64,000 nt of DNA from Myxococcota bacterium (GCA_041611735.1 JBFIML010000005.1:1-64000); one strand, 5' to 3'. Shown: positions 17,745 through 27,293, counted from the stretch's first letter. Numbers and translations are program-made. Notes: generated by a model from the sequence alone, not told the origin.

Positions 17745-18986
17745 ATGCTCTTCGGCGTGAAGATGGCCGCGATTCTGTTCGCCGCAGCCGTGGCTTTCGA
17801 GGCGAGCGCGCAGTCCGCTAGGTTTCCCACGAATGAAGCCTTTACGAGGTACCTGGGCGACAACCCGAGGGGCTTCGAGACGGATTGGAGCGAGGGGTTC
17901 AACGGCGTTTCCCACGACGAGACGCACTGGTATCTCACGCAGAGGAGATACCTCTATCGAACGCCGCTTTCGGAGCCTCTCAATCGAGATCTGAAGAAGA
18001 CTCACTATGCGCGTCTGAGGGAGATTTCCGAGCTCGAGGGCTACGACCACTTCGGCGACATCTCTGTCTATCCCACCACGGGGGCTGCGAAGTACGTCCT
18101 CGTCCCGGTCGATGGGGCGCCCAAGCGGGAGGCCAGGCTGGCTCTGTTCAGTGCGGACGAGAGGCTGAGGTTCCTGGGATCGGCGGGCTTTCCCGGGCAG
18201 CTGCACGAGAACGGAGACGGGCAGGCGGGCTTCGTCGCGGTGGATCCCGACGGACGCGTTTACAGCATGCGAAACAACGGTCTCTGCGAAAAGTACGCCG
18301 CCTCGCCAGAGGATCCGGGACGTGGCTCGTGTCTGCGCGCCTATCGGCCAACTTGGAGTCGAGTGGGAAGGGAAACGTTCGAGCTACACGTCGATCCGGA
18401 GATCCCGCTGCTCGACGAAGTTGGGAAGCCGATCTTCCTGGAGAACCTGCAGGGGGGTGCCATCACGCCGAGCGGCCGCGTGATCTATCTCTTGAACGGG
18501 TTGACTTGCCGTACGTCCAATCGAGGCCTTCACGCATTCGACCTCGAGACCGGCCGCCGGCTCGCGAGTTCGCGCACGGTGGAGCAGTTCAAGTTCGATT
18601 ACGATTGCGAGGGAGACCTCGGGAGCAGCACGGACGTAAGCTTGTTGTCCAATCAGGAGCCGGAGGGCATGACCGTCTGGGACCTCGATGTGCTGCCCAA
18701 CCCGGGCGGGATGCGAGGCCAGTTGCACGTCATGCTGATGGAGAACGAACCCTTCGATCGCAACTCGGACAAGCTCTGGTTCAAGCACTACACGAATCGC
18801 ATCTACGTGGACGCCAAGCGATCGGGCGGGGACGGCAGCTACGACTCGGCCTACGGAGACCTTTCCGAAGCCGCCGCTCGCGCCTGGGACGGTTCGACCG
18901 TCGTGATCCGGGGGCGCTACGACCGCCGCGCTCGCGTGAATCCGCGCCAGCCGATTCGGATCGAGTCCCAGCCGGGGTCACGCTAG
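17745..18986 (+). CDS. Secreted hypothetical protein, probable beta-propeller (paralog B)
   Basis: GGAGG RBS; signal peptide; same motif series NG..HWY, HFGDIS, QGG, QEPEG, GQLH, WFKH, WDGS. Confidence 0.78.
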   Translation: MLFGVKMAAILFAAAVAFEASAQSARFPTNEAFTRYLGDNPRGFETDWSEGFNGVSHDETHWYLTQRRYLYRTPLSEPLNRDLKKTHYARLREISELEGYDHFGDISVYPTTGAAKYVLVPVDGAPKREARLALFSADERLRFLGSAGFPGQLHENGDGQAGFVAVDPDGRVYSMRNNGLCEKYAASPEDPGRGSCLRAYRPTWSRVGRETFELHVDPEIPLLDEVGKPIFLENLQGGAITPSGRVIYLLNGLTCRTSNRGLHAFDLETGRRLASSRTVEQFKFDYDCEGDLGSSTDVSLLSNQEPEGMTVWDLDVLPNPGGMRGQLHVMLMENEPFDRNSDKLWFKHYTNRIYVDAKRSGGDGSYDSAYGDLSEAAARAWDGSTVVIRGRYDRRARVNPRQPIRIESQPGSR

Positions 18987-19221
18987 GCCTCACGTCCAGG
19001 ATCGATGATCGTGATGCGCGCTGGGCCCCCCACAAACCAGAGCGGTCAACCGCCTACACAGATGATCCGCATTGCTTCGTGCGGGGCAACTTTTGAGTCG
19101 GCAGCATACACGACCTCAGCCCGGCTCAATACGATGAGTGTATCTGCTCGCTCGATGCGATTGCCGCGGCGGACGGCGTAGCCTGCCCCAACTAGTCTGG
19201 GCAAACTCACGACGCTCGCCC

Positions 19222-22200
19222 TCATCCTGAAAGCTTTCGCCATCCTACACAAGATGTCGTGCAGCCGTACGGGAGCGGAGGCAAGCTGCCGCAGGTCGTG
19301 CCGGGTTTCGTCCCCGGCGCCTGCGGGCAGGGGTCGCATGCGTCGCCCATGCCATCTGCATCCGTGTCGATGGCCAGTGGGTCCTGCTGGCAGGTGTCCA
19401 TCAGCACACCCCACACGGGGTTCGACAGGGCGATCCGGTCACCGCAGTGGCCCAGTCTCAGCGAAGACTCCGGACAACTCCCATTCGCACCCTCGAAGAC
19501 GAAGGCATCGTAGTTGTTGGACGCCGCTCGCGCTGCGGCGCGCACGTAGAATCGCTCGCTCCCCGGTTTGATGCCGAACTGTTCCGGGTCCAGCAGGAAG
19601 CTGCCGACGCCGTGATACATCGCCTGTGAGTTGGCGACGGGCAAGCGCAGTCCAGGCCAGGGCCCGGTCGGCCAGCCGGTTGTCGGCCGGCGGAAGTAGC
19701 CCGGCGCAAGATGCCCATCTGGCGCGAAGGTTTCGTTCCGGTTTCCGACGTACAGATCGACGCGTTGGATCGGGCCGAACTCCGGAGTGGACCACCACTC
19801 GACGAGCACTGGGATTTTTTCTCCCGGGTAGAGGTGAAAGGTGGTCCCCATCTGGAAGTCTGTATCATCGATGAGGCCGTTGCGGTTGCGATCGATCGCC
19901 ACCCGCAGCGCTGGTCCGTCGGTCACGCTGAAGTGCCCTCGCTCGAGCGCATCGATGATCTGCCGGTTCGTATAACGCTTGACACCGGGGAGCTGCGCCG
20001 AGGGTGCTCCCTGTGGCGGTCCGACGAAGACGAGATTGCGTGGCTTGCCGATCGCCGTGTCCGTGACCGGGTTGTCCGTCCACTGCTCGAAGCGTCCCCG
20101 TATCTCCGCCACGCCCGCACCGAAGATTCCTCCCGATGCGGACGAGGGGTCGAGATCGGGGCGCCCGTGGCGGCGGTAGTTCAAGTCGCCGTGGCTGTCT
20201 GAGCCGCCTGCTGCGAACCACTTGCGTGGCTCGCCCGGTTGCAGCCAGGCAAGCCCCCGGGTCTGGTGGGGATCCAGTCCTTTGCGGAGGTAGACATCCC
20301 AGATGTAGGTGCCGTGGTACAGCTCCTCCCACAGGTGATTCGCCTTGCGCTCCACCGTCGGCCAGAACCAACCGGTGGGCCAGCGCTCGTACTCGCCGAC
20401 GCGCGCCGGAAAACCGAACGGAACACGGTAGTTGAAGGTGTTGGTGTTGGCTCCTCCGACCGGTGCAGAGCCCCCGTGATGGTACGAGTTGCGAAGCAGG
20501 CGATCGTTCTCGTTCCACAGCTGGAGTCCGAGGATCCCGGGCGACGCCCAGGCCTGGTCCAGTGACACGCGTGAGTAGGGGACCATGTTCGGACCGGCAC
20601 CGTTCGGCTTGCGCCCGCTGACCGGATGCGCGAGGAAGGCGCGGCCCTTGCCCGGGATCTCGCCAGCGAGGCTGCCGATTGTGCGCTGCCCGCCACCGAA
20701 CTTCCCCGTCGCGGCGTCCAACCAGCCAGCCGCGTTGTTCGGCTGCGCGTCGAAGGGGAAGTAGACGAGATGCTGTCGGGACGAGTACCGGCCAGACCCT
20801 TCGACCTCGAAGCTTCCGATGACCGAGGAGAGGAACTCGACGGTGTCCTCGATGACGCCGCCGTACACGGGAACCTTTTCCTCGATCGGCGCGCCCTGCT
20901 CGTCCAGGACGAGAAAGCGCCAGTCGATGCCCAGTGTCGAGCCCCTCTTCGAGATCTTGAGCGGCTTGCTCACGCGGAATCGCTGTCGCAAAGGAGCATC
21001 GACGATGAAGACCTGGTGGGGCCGCGCCCGGTCGACGCACTCCTGTACAGGGATCCCGCCGCACCCCGAGAAGGCACCACCGTCGGCCTCCGGGTGCCAA
21101 GCCGAATAGAGTGACTTGCACGCAGTGCCCTTGTCGGCCCAGCATCCCTCGACGTCCGCCCATGGGTAGCTCGCGCCTGCCCCGAAGGCGATCGCGTTGG
21201 CGCGCTGCTCTTCGTACGACATCTCGGGCCACGAGTCGATCTCTACGCCCATGAACACCTGGGGAAGAAAGCCTGCCTTGGGCCGCGCAAGGCCGAACTC
21301 GACCGCCTCCTTCACGATCGCCTCGTTGGCTCCGTCACCCGCATAGAGCGACTGCTTCGCAGCCTGGAAGCGCCGGATGTTGAGATCCCTGGCCTCTATC
21401 CCCTTGCGCCCACCCGCCTCGACGGCTCCGTCGATCTGCACGCCGCCGGACCCGTGATCGGTGGCGAAGACGAAGTCGAGCCCGCTCGCACCGAGGGCAC
21501 GTGCGACGTTGCGGTAGGTATACGCAGACTCGCCTTCGTTGTCGGTCATCTGGGAGTGGTAGTGAAGGTCCCCGTAGAGCCAGTGCTCCGAGAAGCGCGG
21601 GAGCGGAGCCTCGCCCGCATGCACGACGAGCTGGTTGATCCAGCGCCGCTTTTCGCCTCCGTACTCGGTCTCGACGGTTATGCGGAGCTGGATGTCCCGG
21701 CCCGGTGCAACGGGTCCGCGTGGCTTGTACCACAGCGCTGCGTGCCACTCCGCCGTACCCGAGATGTCCAGCCTGCAGCGGCTCACATCCACATTCGGAG
21801 TGCAGCGGTGCATGGGCGGCTCTTCGTCGACCGTCGAGATCCAGTCCTTCCACTCGATTTCGCGCAGCTGGGTTGGCGCGAACTGGGAAACCCACTTCCC
21901 GCGCTGGAGATCGGACTCCTCCACCTCGACGCGCACGAGCGAGCCCACATGTATGCGTTTCAGGAACACTGCCGCCTTGGTCGATCGGTGGTGATCAAAG
22001 ATCGCGTCGTGGAAGGCGATCGTGATCGGTATCCATCCGTATTCGAGCCCGCCTGTGCCGTGAACCGGCTCGATGCGCCACGGCGCGTCGATGGCGAACT
22101 CGAGCCCCACCTGTCCACCGATCGCGGAGGCGTCAGTGGCGACGAAGCCCAGGGCCAGGACAGCCACGCACACTGTTCCTGCCAGGCCCGCGGCCCGCTT

Positions 22201-22296
22201 CCGCGTGCGGCCCCGTGCCAGCGATGGCTCGCCATTCGAGATTCTCACTGCCCGCCTACGGTCGTCGTAGCCTGAGATCCCCCGGGGATTGGTCAT
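19222..22296 (-). CDS. Large secreted PHP-family (CehA/McbA-like) metallohydrolase with C-terminal thrombospondin type-3-like repeat
   Basis: GDLHYHS, ATDH, GVE, AHP, GGSDSHG metal-ligand motifs; DTDADGMGDACDPCP. Confidence 0.8.
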   Translation of the reverse strand: MTNPRGISGYDDRRRAVRISNGEPSLARGRTRKRAAGLAGTVCVAVLALGFVATDASAIGGQVGLEFAIDAPWRIEPVHGTGGLEYGWIPITIAFHDAIFDHHRSTKAAVFLKRIHVGSLVRVEVEESDLQRGKWVSQFAPTQLREIEWKDWISTVDEEPPMHRCTPNVDVSRCRLDISGTAEWHAALWYKPRGPVAPGRDIQLRITVETEYGGEKRRWINQLVVHAGEAPLPRFSEHWLYGDLHYHSQMTDNEGESAYTYRNVARALGASGLDFVFATDHGSGGVQIDGAVEAGGRKGIEARDLNIRRFQAAKQSLYAGDGANEAIVKEAVEFGLARPKAGFLPQVFMGVEIDSWPEMSYEEQRANAIAFGAGASYPWADVEGCWADKGTACKSLYSAWHPEADGGAFSGCGGIPVQECVDRARPHQVFIVDAPLRQRFRVSKPLKISKRGSTLGIDWRFLVLDEQGAPIEEKVPVYGGVIEDTVEFLSSVIGSFEVEGSGRYSSRQHLVYFPFDAQPNNAAGWLDAATGKFGGGQRTIGSLAGEIPGKGRAFLAHPVSGRKPNGAGPNMVPYSRVSLDQAWASPGILGLQLWNENDRLLRNSYHHGGSAPVGGANTNTFNYRVPFGFPARVGEYERWPTGWFWPTVERKANHLWEELYHGTYIWDVYLRKGLDPHQTRGLAWLQPGEPRKWFAAGGSDSHGDLNYRRHGRPDLDPSSASGGIFGAGVAEIRGRFEQWTDNPVTDTAIGKPRNLVFVGPPQGAPSAQLPGVKRYTNRQIIDALERGHFSVTDGPALRVAIDRNRNGLIDDTDFQMGTTFHLYPGEKIPVLVEWWSTPEFGPIQRVDLYVGNRNETFAPDGHLAPGYFRRPTTGWPTGPWPGLRLPVANSQAMYHGVGSFLLDPEQFGIKPGSERFYVRAAARAASNNYDAFVFEGANGSCPESSLRLGHCGDRIALSNPVWGVLMDTCQQDPLAIDTDADGMGDACDPCPQAPGTKPGTTCGSLPPLPYGCTTSCVGWRKLSG

Positions 22297-22394
22297 AGCT
22301 GGAGGTTCCCTCAAAAGCCCGCTTGGATCTACTATCCGTCGCTGCTTATCGCGTGTATGTCGCCGATTTCGACGCCGGAGACGAGAGCGCCGAA

Positions 22395-22640
22395 GCCCCC
22401 CATGCCCTCCGACACACCCGGGCGAGCCTGCACATGGCCCACGGGACCCCGATCAAGTGGATCCAGGGGCAGGGTGGCTGGGCCTCCGCGAAGATGCTCC
22501 TGGACGTATACGGCCCCTTCCTCAGGGTCGAGAGGCGCGGGTTCGCCGATGTGCTCGCGCGGCCCGGCGACTCCGGGCGTCTCTTTACGTCTCCGCCGGA
22601 GAAACGGGTGGCCAATGCCGAGCCCATCTTGCTGCGTAGG
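22395..22640 (+). pseudogene. Tyrosine integrase C-terminal remnant
   Basis: PHALRHTRASLHMAHGTPIKWIQGQGGWASAKMLLDVYG (HxLRH...W...Y). Confidence 0.8.
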
Positions 22641-22663
22641 TCCCCGCGCCAGCGGGAGAATCG

Positions 22664-22711
22664 GTGGAGCCGACGGCCGGATTCGAACCGGCGACCTGCT
22701 GATTGCGAATC
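22664..22711 (-). repeat. att site: duplicated 3' half of tRNA-Thr
   Basis: 37 bp identical, 46/48 overall, to 41733-41780. Confidence 0.95.
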
Positions 22712-22811
22712 TGAGCGTCGCCTCTACTCCCGCGGACGCCCCCTTTCTCCAACCTGCTAGAATCGCTCTCGAATCGGCGTTTTCCGTTGAGCCTCGAACT
22801 ACGCCTGCTTA

Positions 22812-22860
22812 TGCTTCCGGAAGCCCCGATTTGCTTCCGGATGCTTCCGACCTGCTTCCG
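22812..22860 (+). repeat. Four TGCTTCCG repeats (putative integrase arm-type sites)
   Basis: Copies start at 22812, 22832, 22842 and 22853; two more at 41672 and 41683. Confidence 0.75.
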
Positions 22861-22900
22861 AAATCCGAGGTCAGAGCGTCGCGGGGCGGAGGCGCCCGGA

Positions 22901-24085
22901 ATGGCGAAGCTCAACAAGCGCAGCGTGGACGCGGCCGCGCCGGGCCCGGGCGAGCGCTTCCTGTGGGACGAGGAGCTGCGCGGCTTCGGCCTGCGCGTCT
23001 TCCCCTCCGGCCGCAAGACCTTCTTCGTCCAGTACCGCGATCGCGTCCACGGCCGCACCCGCCGCTACGTGCTCGGCACCTACGGCGTCCTCACCCCCGC
23101 CGAGGCCCGCGCCCTGGCCGTGGAGGCGCTCGCCGAGGTCCAGAAGGGCGGCGCCCCCTCCGAGACCCGCCGCCAGGCCGCACAGGCCCCGACCGTGGCC
23201 GACCTCTGCGAGCGCTACGTCGCCGACTACGCCAAGGCCCGCAAGAAGCCCCGCAGCCTCGCCGAGGACGAGCGCCTGATCGACGACTTCATCAAGCCGG
23301 TCCTCGGCCGCCGCAAGGTGGCCTCCGTGAAGCGCCCGGACGTCGTGCGCCTCCACAACGCCATGGCGGGCACCCCCTACCAGGCCAACCGCGCGCTGGC
23401 CGTGCTCTCGAAGATGTTCAACCTGGCCGAGCGCTGGGGCCTGCGGTCCGACGGCAGCAACCCCGTGCGCCAGGTCGATCGCTTCCGGGAGCGCAAGCGC
23501 GAGCGCTTCCTCAGCAAGACCGAGCTCGCCCGGCTGGGCAAGCACCTGGCCGAGGCCGAGGCCGCCGGCACCGAGAAGGCCCCCACCCTCGCCGCCATCC
23601 GGCTGCTCTTCTTCACGGGCTGTCGTCTCAGCGAGATCCTGGGCCTGCGCTGGGCGGACGTGGACTTCGAGCGGCGCTGCCTGCGGCTCGCCGACTCGAA
23701 GACCGGCGCCCGGGTCGTCCCCCTGAACGCCCCGGCCCTCAAGGTCCTCGCCGACCTCGAGCCAGACGACTCGCCCTGGGTGATCCGCGGCCGCCGGCGC
23801 GGCGCCCCGCTGGTGAACCTCGGCAAGCCCTGGCGCCGCATCCGCGAGGCCACCAAGCTCGGCGACGTCCGCATCCATGACCTGCGCCACTCCTTCGCCA
23901 GCGTCGCCGCCGGCTCGGGGCACTCCCTGGTCGTGATCGGGGCGCTCCTCGGCCACCGCCAGGCCACCACCACGCACCGCTACGCCCACCTGTCGGACGA
24001 CCCGGTGCGCACGGCCACGGAGGTGGTTGGAGCGCGGATCGAGGCCGCCATGGCGCGGCGAGATGCAGGCGACGGCGACGAGTAA
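22901..24085 (+). CDS. Tyrosine integrase with N-terminal arm-DNA-binding domain
   Basis: WDEELRGFGLRV..SGRKTF; catalytic TGCRLSE, SKTG, HDLRH, LLGH, RYAH. Confidence 0.96.
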   Translation: MAKLNKRSVDAAAPGPGERFLWDEELRGFGLRVFPSGRKTFFVQYRDRVHGRTRRYVLGTYGVLTPAEARALAVEALAEVQKGGAPSETRRQAAQAPTVADLCERYVADYAKARKKPRSLAEDERLIDDFIKPVLGRRKVASVKRPDVVRLHNAMAGTPYQANRALAVLSKMFNLAERWGLRSDGSNPVRQVDRFRERKRERFLSKTELARLGKHLAEAEAAGTEKAPTLAAIRLLFFTGCRLSEILGLRWADVDFERRCLRLADSKTGARVVPLNAPALKVLADLEPDDSPWVIRGRRRGAPLVNLGKPWRRIREATKLGDVRIHDLRHSFASVAAGSGHSLVVIGALLGHRQATTTHRYAHLSDDPVRTATEVVGARIEAAMARRDAGDGDE

Positions 24086-24250
24086 GACGCCGCGGAGGCG
24101 CGGGTTCGGCAGCCGGGCGGTTGAAGGACTGACGCTTCGCTGGCAGGGGCTTGGCCGGGCGACGGAAGCTGGATCGGCCAAGGCTTGGGCCGCTCGATCC
24201 CTAGTCCTGCCTCGAGTCGATCGGATCCCCGGCGGGATCGCTTACGGCAT

Positions 24251-25492
24251 CTATGAGTTCGTCAAGGACCTCGGCAACGAGTTGCCATGGCTCGGGTTTC
24301 TCCCGTGGTGGTCAGTTGGTTTCGTTCCGCATGCGCGTGAGCGCGGCGCGGCTTCGCTTGGCAGCGCGCTTCTCGCCGGCGCATCGAGCGTGAACCCGGC
24401 CTCGGCGTAGACGTCGTCGAGGTTGCGCGGTGCCCGCGCGGCGCGATGTCGCTCGTGCTTCTGGAGCTTGCGCAGCTTGAGCCGCGTGCGCTCCACGGCG
24501 GCGTAGCGGTACGGCTGCTGGGTGGTGAGGATGTGCCAGACGATCACGATCAGCTTGCGCGCCAGCGCAGTGACCGCGATCTGATCGCCCTTGCGGCGTC
24601 GGATGCGGTGGTAGGTCGCCGCCAGCGGCGAGCTGCTCCGCGCGATCGTGTGGGCCGCCTCGATCGCCAGCCAGCGGGCGTTGCGCGAGCCGGTCTTGGT
24701 GATGTGGCCGTAGTAGGCGGTGCCGCCGGACTGGCGGATCTTCGGTACCAGGCCGAAGTAGGCGGCCAGCTTCTGGGGGCTCGGGAAGCGGTCGATCGAG
24801 CCGATCGCGGCGAGGAAGCCCATGGCGACGACGACATCGACGCCCGGGATGGTGACCAGGAGCTTCGCGTCCGGATGGAGGCGGGCCTGCTCGAGGAGCT
24901 CGCGATCGAGGGCCTGGAGGCTCTCTTGAACGTGGCGCAGGAGCGCGGCCTGGTGATCCAGCACCAGGCGCTCGGCAGGCGGTAGCTCGAGCTCCGCGAG
25001 CCAACGGTAGCCCTTCTGGCTGAACAGGAACCTCCCCGGGTAGCGCTGGAGGCTGCGGTTCAGCACGGCGTGGATGGTGTTCTTGGTGGCGACGGATTGG
25101 CGCCGCAGCTGGCGCCGATGGGCCATGAGCTGGCGCACGGCCCAGGTCTCCCGGCTCGGCATCGCGACCTCCGGCAGGAAGTCGAGCCGCAGGAGCTGCG
25201 CCAGGATGTGGGCGTCCACCTTGTCCGTCTTGATCCGCGCGTAGGCGATCGCCTTGAGCGGCGCCGGCTCGGCGACCACCACGCGGTCGACGTAGCGCTC
25301 CAGGATCTGGACCAGGGCCCAGGTGTGGAAGGTCGCCTCCAGGGCGACCTCGTCGCCGCGCTCCAAGCCCCGGGCGAAGGCCTCGACGGCCTCCGGCCGG
25401 CCGCCGACGCGGAAGTCCCGGCGCTCCTGACCGTCCTCGGCCAGGCCGCAGACCTGGAGGAACTCCTTGTGGACATCGAGTCCGTAGAACAT
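24251..25492 (-). CDS. IS110-family transposase/recombinase (possible frameshift near 24380)
   Basis: GLDVHK, LEAT, KTDKVDA (DEDD); TIPGV, YFGLVP, QSG, ALARKL; AGGAG RBS; alternative C-terminus AGEKRAAKRSRAALTRMRNETN in another frame. Confidence 0.93.
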   Translation of the reverse strand: MFYGLDVHKEFLQVCGLAEDGQERRDFRVGGRPEAVEAFARGLERGDEVALEATFHTWALVQILERYVDRVVVAEPAPLKAIAYARIKTDKVDAHILAQLLRLDFLPEVAMPSRETWAVRQLMAHRRQLRRQSVATKNTIHAVLNRSLQRYPGRFLFSQKGYRWLAELELPPAERLVLDHQAALLRHVQESLQALDRELLEQARLHPDAKLLVTIPGVDVVVAMGFLAAIGSIDRFPSPQKLAAYFGLVPKIRQSGGTAYYGHITKTGSRNARWLAIEAAHTIARSSSPLAATYHRIRRRKGDQIAVTALARKLIVIVWHILTTQQPYRYAAVERTRLKLRKLQKHERHRAARAPRNLDDVYAEAGFTLDAPARSALPSEAAPRSRACGTKPTDHHGRNPSHGNSLPRSLTNS

Positions 25493-25724
25493 GCACACTC
25501 TCCTGCGGAGAGCCTCGGCGAAGGGTAATTGGGAAGAACGACACGTATCTATTCGCGCTCACAGCGCAGCCGCCCGAGTCGAGGGGGGAACCCAGGTAAG
25601 ACATCGAGCTCGAAGCTCATGCGTTAGTCGGCCGTCCCCACAGATCCTCGGCGTCCGAGGCTCTCCCATTCGTCCTTCGCTTCCGCCGCTGACCTGCGCC
25701 CCGTGGCCGGCGCCGAGAGGATGA
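24253..25724 (-). mobile_element. IS110-family insertion sequence (ends inferred)
   Basis: DEDD transposase; structured 5' non-coding region; TTGACG near the 3' end; TCAT at both proposed ends. Confidence 0.75.
25507..25666 (-). ncRNA. Putative IS110 bridge-RNA-like structured non-coding region
   Basis: Perfect 12-bp inverted repeat (25507-25518 / 25655-25666) enclosing two hairpin-capped internal loops, directly upstream of the transposase. Confidence 0.65.
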
Positions 25725-26078
25725 CCCCGCGGCGCTCAGCGCACGAAGTGCGCGCAACCGGCGGGAAACATCATGCGCGGCAACATAAGGGCAAGTCACA
25801 GTCGCGCTATGCGTCCGGAATCCCCACGGTTTTCGTGAATGGTTCCGCGCCCGGCGCTTCACTTGTGACTTGGATCCGATTGCTCATCAACCGGGATCGA
25901 TTCGGCCGTCTCCCGACCGCCCGTTGACCACCTTGGTGACCGAGACGACGCCAAACCTTTCAAAGCACGTCCTCCGGCCGTCACCGCGGGCGTTGGGCTT
26001 CTCGGCCGGATGCGTTGCGCGGGCGCTCCTGGAAACCTCTCCTCATCGACCGGTCGGAGAGGTGACGCGGGCGTCCTC

Positions 26079-26792
26079 TCACCTGGAAGGGCGAGTCGAA
26101 GAGACGAGTACCAGCATGCCGAGTGCGCCAGCCACCACCGATCCGCCGAGGACTCCGGCCTTGGCGGCTTCGAGGCTCGCTCCTTCGAGGGCCAGGCCGG
26201 AGATGAAGAGCGCCATGGTGAATCCGATGCCGGCGAGGAGCCCGCCTGCGAGGAGCATCCCCCAGGTCACGCCACTTGGGAGGGTTGCGATCCCCGTCCG
26301 AACGACGAGGAAGCTCGCCACGAGGATTCCGACGGGTTTGCCCACGCAGAGGCCTACCGCTACGGCGATGGCGACGTCGTCCAGGCGCCGTGCCCGCCTC
26401 GCCACCCCCGCCCGCCACTTGCGCTGGTGGCGCAGGTAGCCGCGATCGCAGACGACGAGAGACGCGTCCTTGGCGAGCTCGAGGGCCACCGTATCGGGAC
26501 GGCCTCGCCGCAGCACCAGCTTGATCCCCCTCTCAGCCAGCGCCTCCGCCGTCTCCGCCAGGCCTTCGAGCAGGAACGCGAATGCACGCTCGCTGGCGTC
26601 GGGATAGCGATCGTAGAGGCCGAATCCAACCACCACGGACTGGTCGCGTTCGTTCGCCAGCCGCACGGCGTGCTCCAGCGCCGGGTTGTGAAAGGCCCGC
26701 TGCGACTGCTGCATCCAATAGAGGACGTACGAGCCCGAGTCGTCCGGAGGCTCGTCGCTCAAGCTGCGGATGCTTGGCTCTTCGACGCTCAC
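26079..26792 (-). pseudogene. In-frame chimera: class II CPD photolyase N-terminus + NhaA antiporter C-terminus
   Basis: YVLYWMQQSQRAFHNPAL...DRGYLRHQRKWR joined to GLCVGKPVGI...LAGIGFTMALFI..LA...AKAGVL.GS. Confidence 0.85.
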
Positions 26793-26879
26793 GGCCAGGT
26801 GTTCTTCTTCAGCTCGACCTTCGATCGGATCGCCCAGATCAGATGCCGCGGTTTTGTCTCCGACGAGGCCGACATGGTG

Positions 26880-27293
26880 CTAGCGGGAGCCCTTGAATGG
26901 GAGCCGCATCGCCAGCTCCTGAAGTCGCGCCTCCGCCACCTCGCCTGCGCCATCCGAGGCGACCACGAGAAGATCCGGTCCGCCGAGCTCGAGCGCGACC
27001 TGGAGGCACGCGCCGCACGGCCAGGTGAGCTTGCCAGCAGTGCGCGGGGAGACGAGCGCCAGCAGCTCCGGACGGCCCAAGCCCTGGGCAACGACCGAGA
27101 AGAGGGCGGCGCGCTCCGAGCACATCGCGAGACCCAGCGAGACGTTCTCGACCAGTGCCCCGGGGACGACCGCGCCACGATCTGTCACGACCGCCGCACC
27201 CATCTTGAAGCGGGAGTACGGGGAATAGGCTCGTTCGAGCGCTTGCTCGGCCTGCTTCAGCGCCTCTCGGGCGCGCGCGTCTCGGACTTGCAT
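26880..27293 (-). CDS. cdd: Cytidine deaminase
   Basis: AYSPYSRFKMGAA, VEN, CSER, PCGAC motifs. Confidence 0.88.
   Translation of the reverse strand: MQVRDARAREALKQAEQALERAYSPYSRFKMGAAVVTDRGAVVPGALVENVSLGLAMCSERAALFSVVAQGLGRPELLALVSPRTAGKLTWPCGACLQVALELGGPDLLVVASDGAGEVAEARLQELAMRLPFKGSR

Noticed and set aside
19090-19160. Further attC-like end (gctcgatgcgattgcc)
   Set aside because: No AAC/GTT core pair; too degenerate to support
22664-22720. Possible second tRNA (CGC anticodon)
   Set aside because: Only the 3' half is present, with no D-arm or 5' acceptor strand; it is the att duplicate
22901-24085. Integron integrase explaining the attC-like sites
   Set aside because: It has an arm-binding N-domain and tRNA att context, and lacks recognisable IntI-specific features
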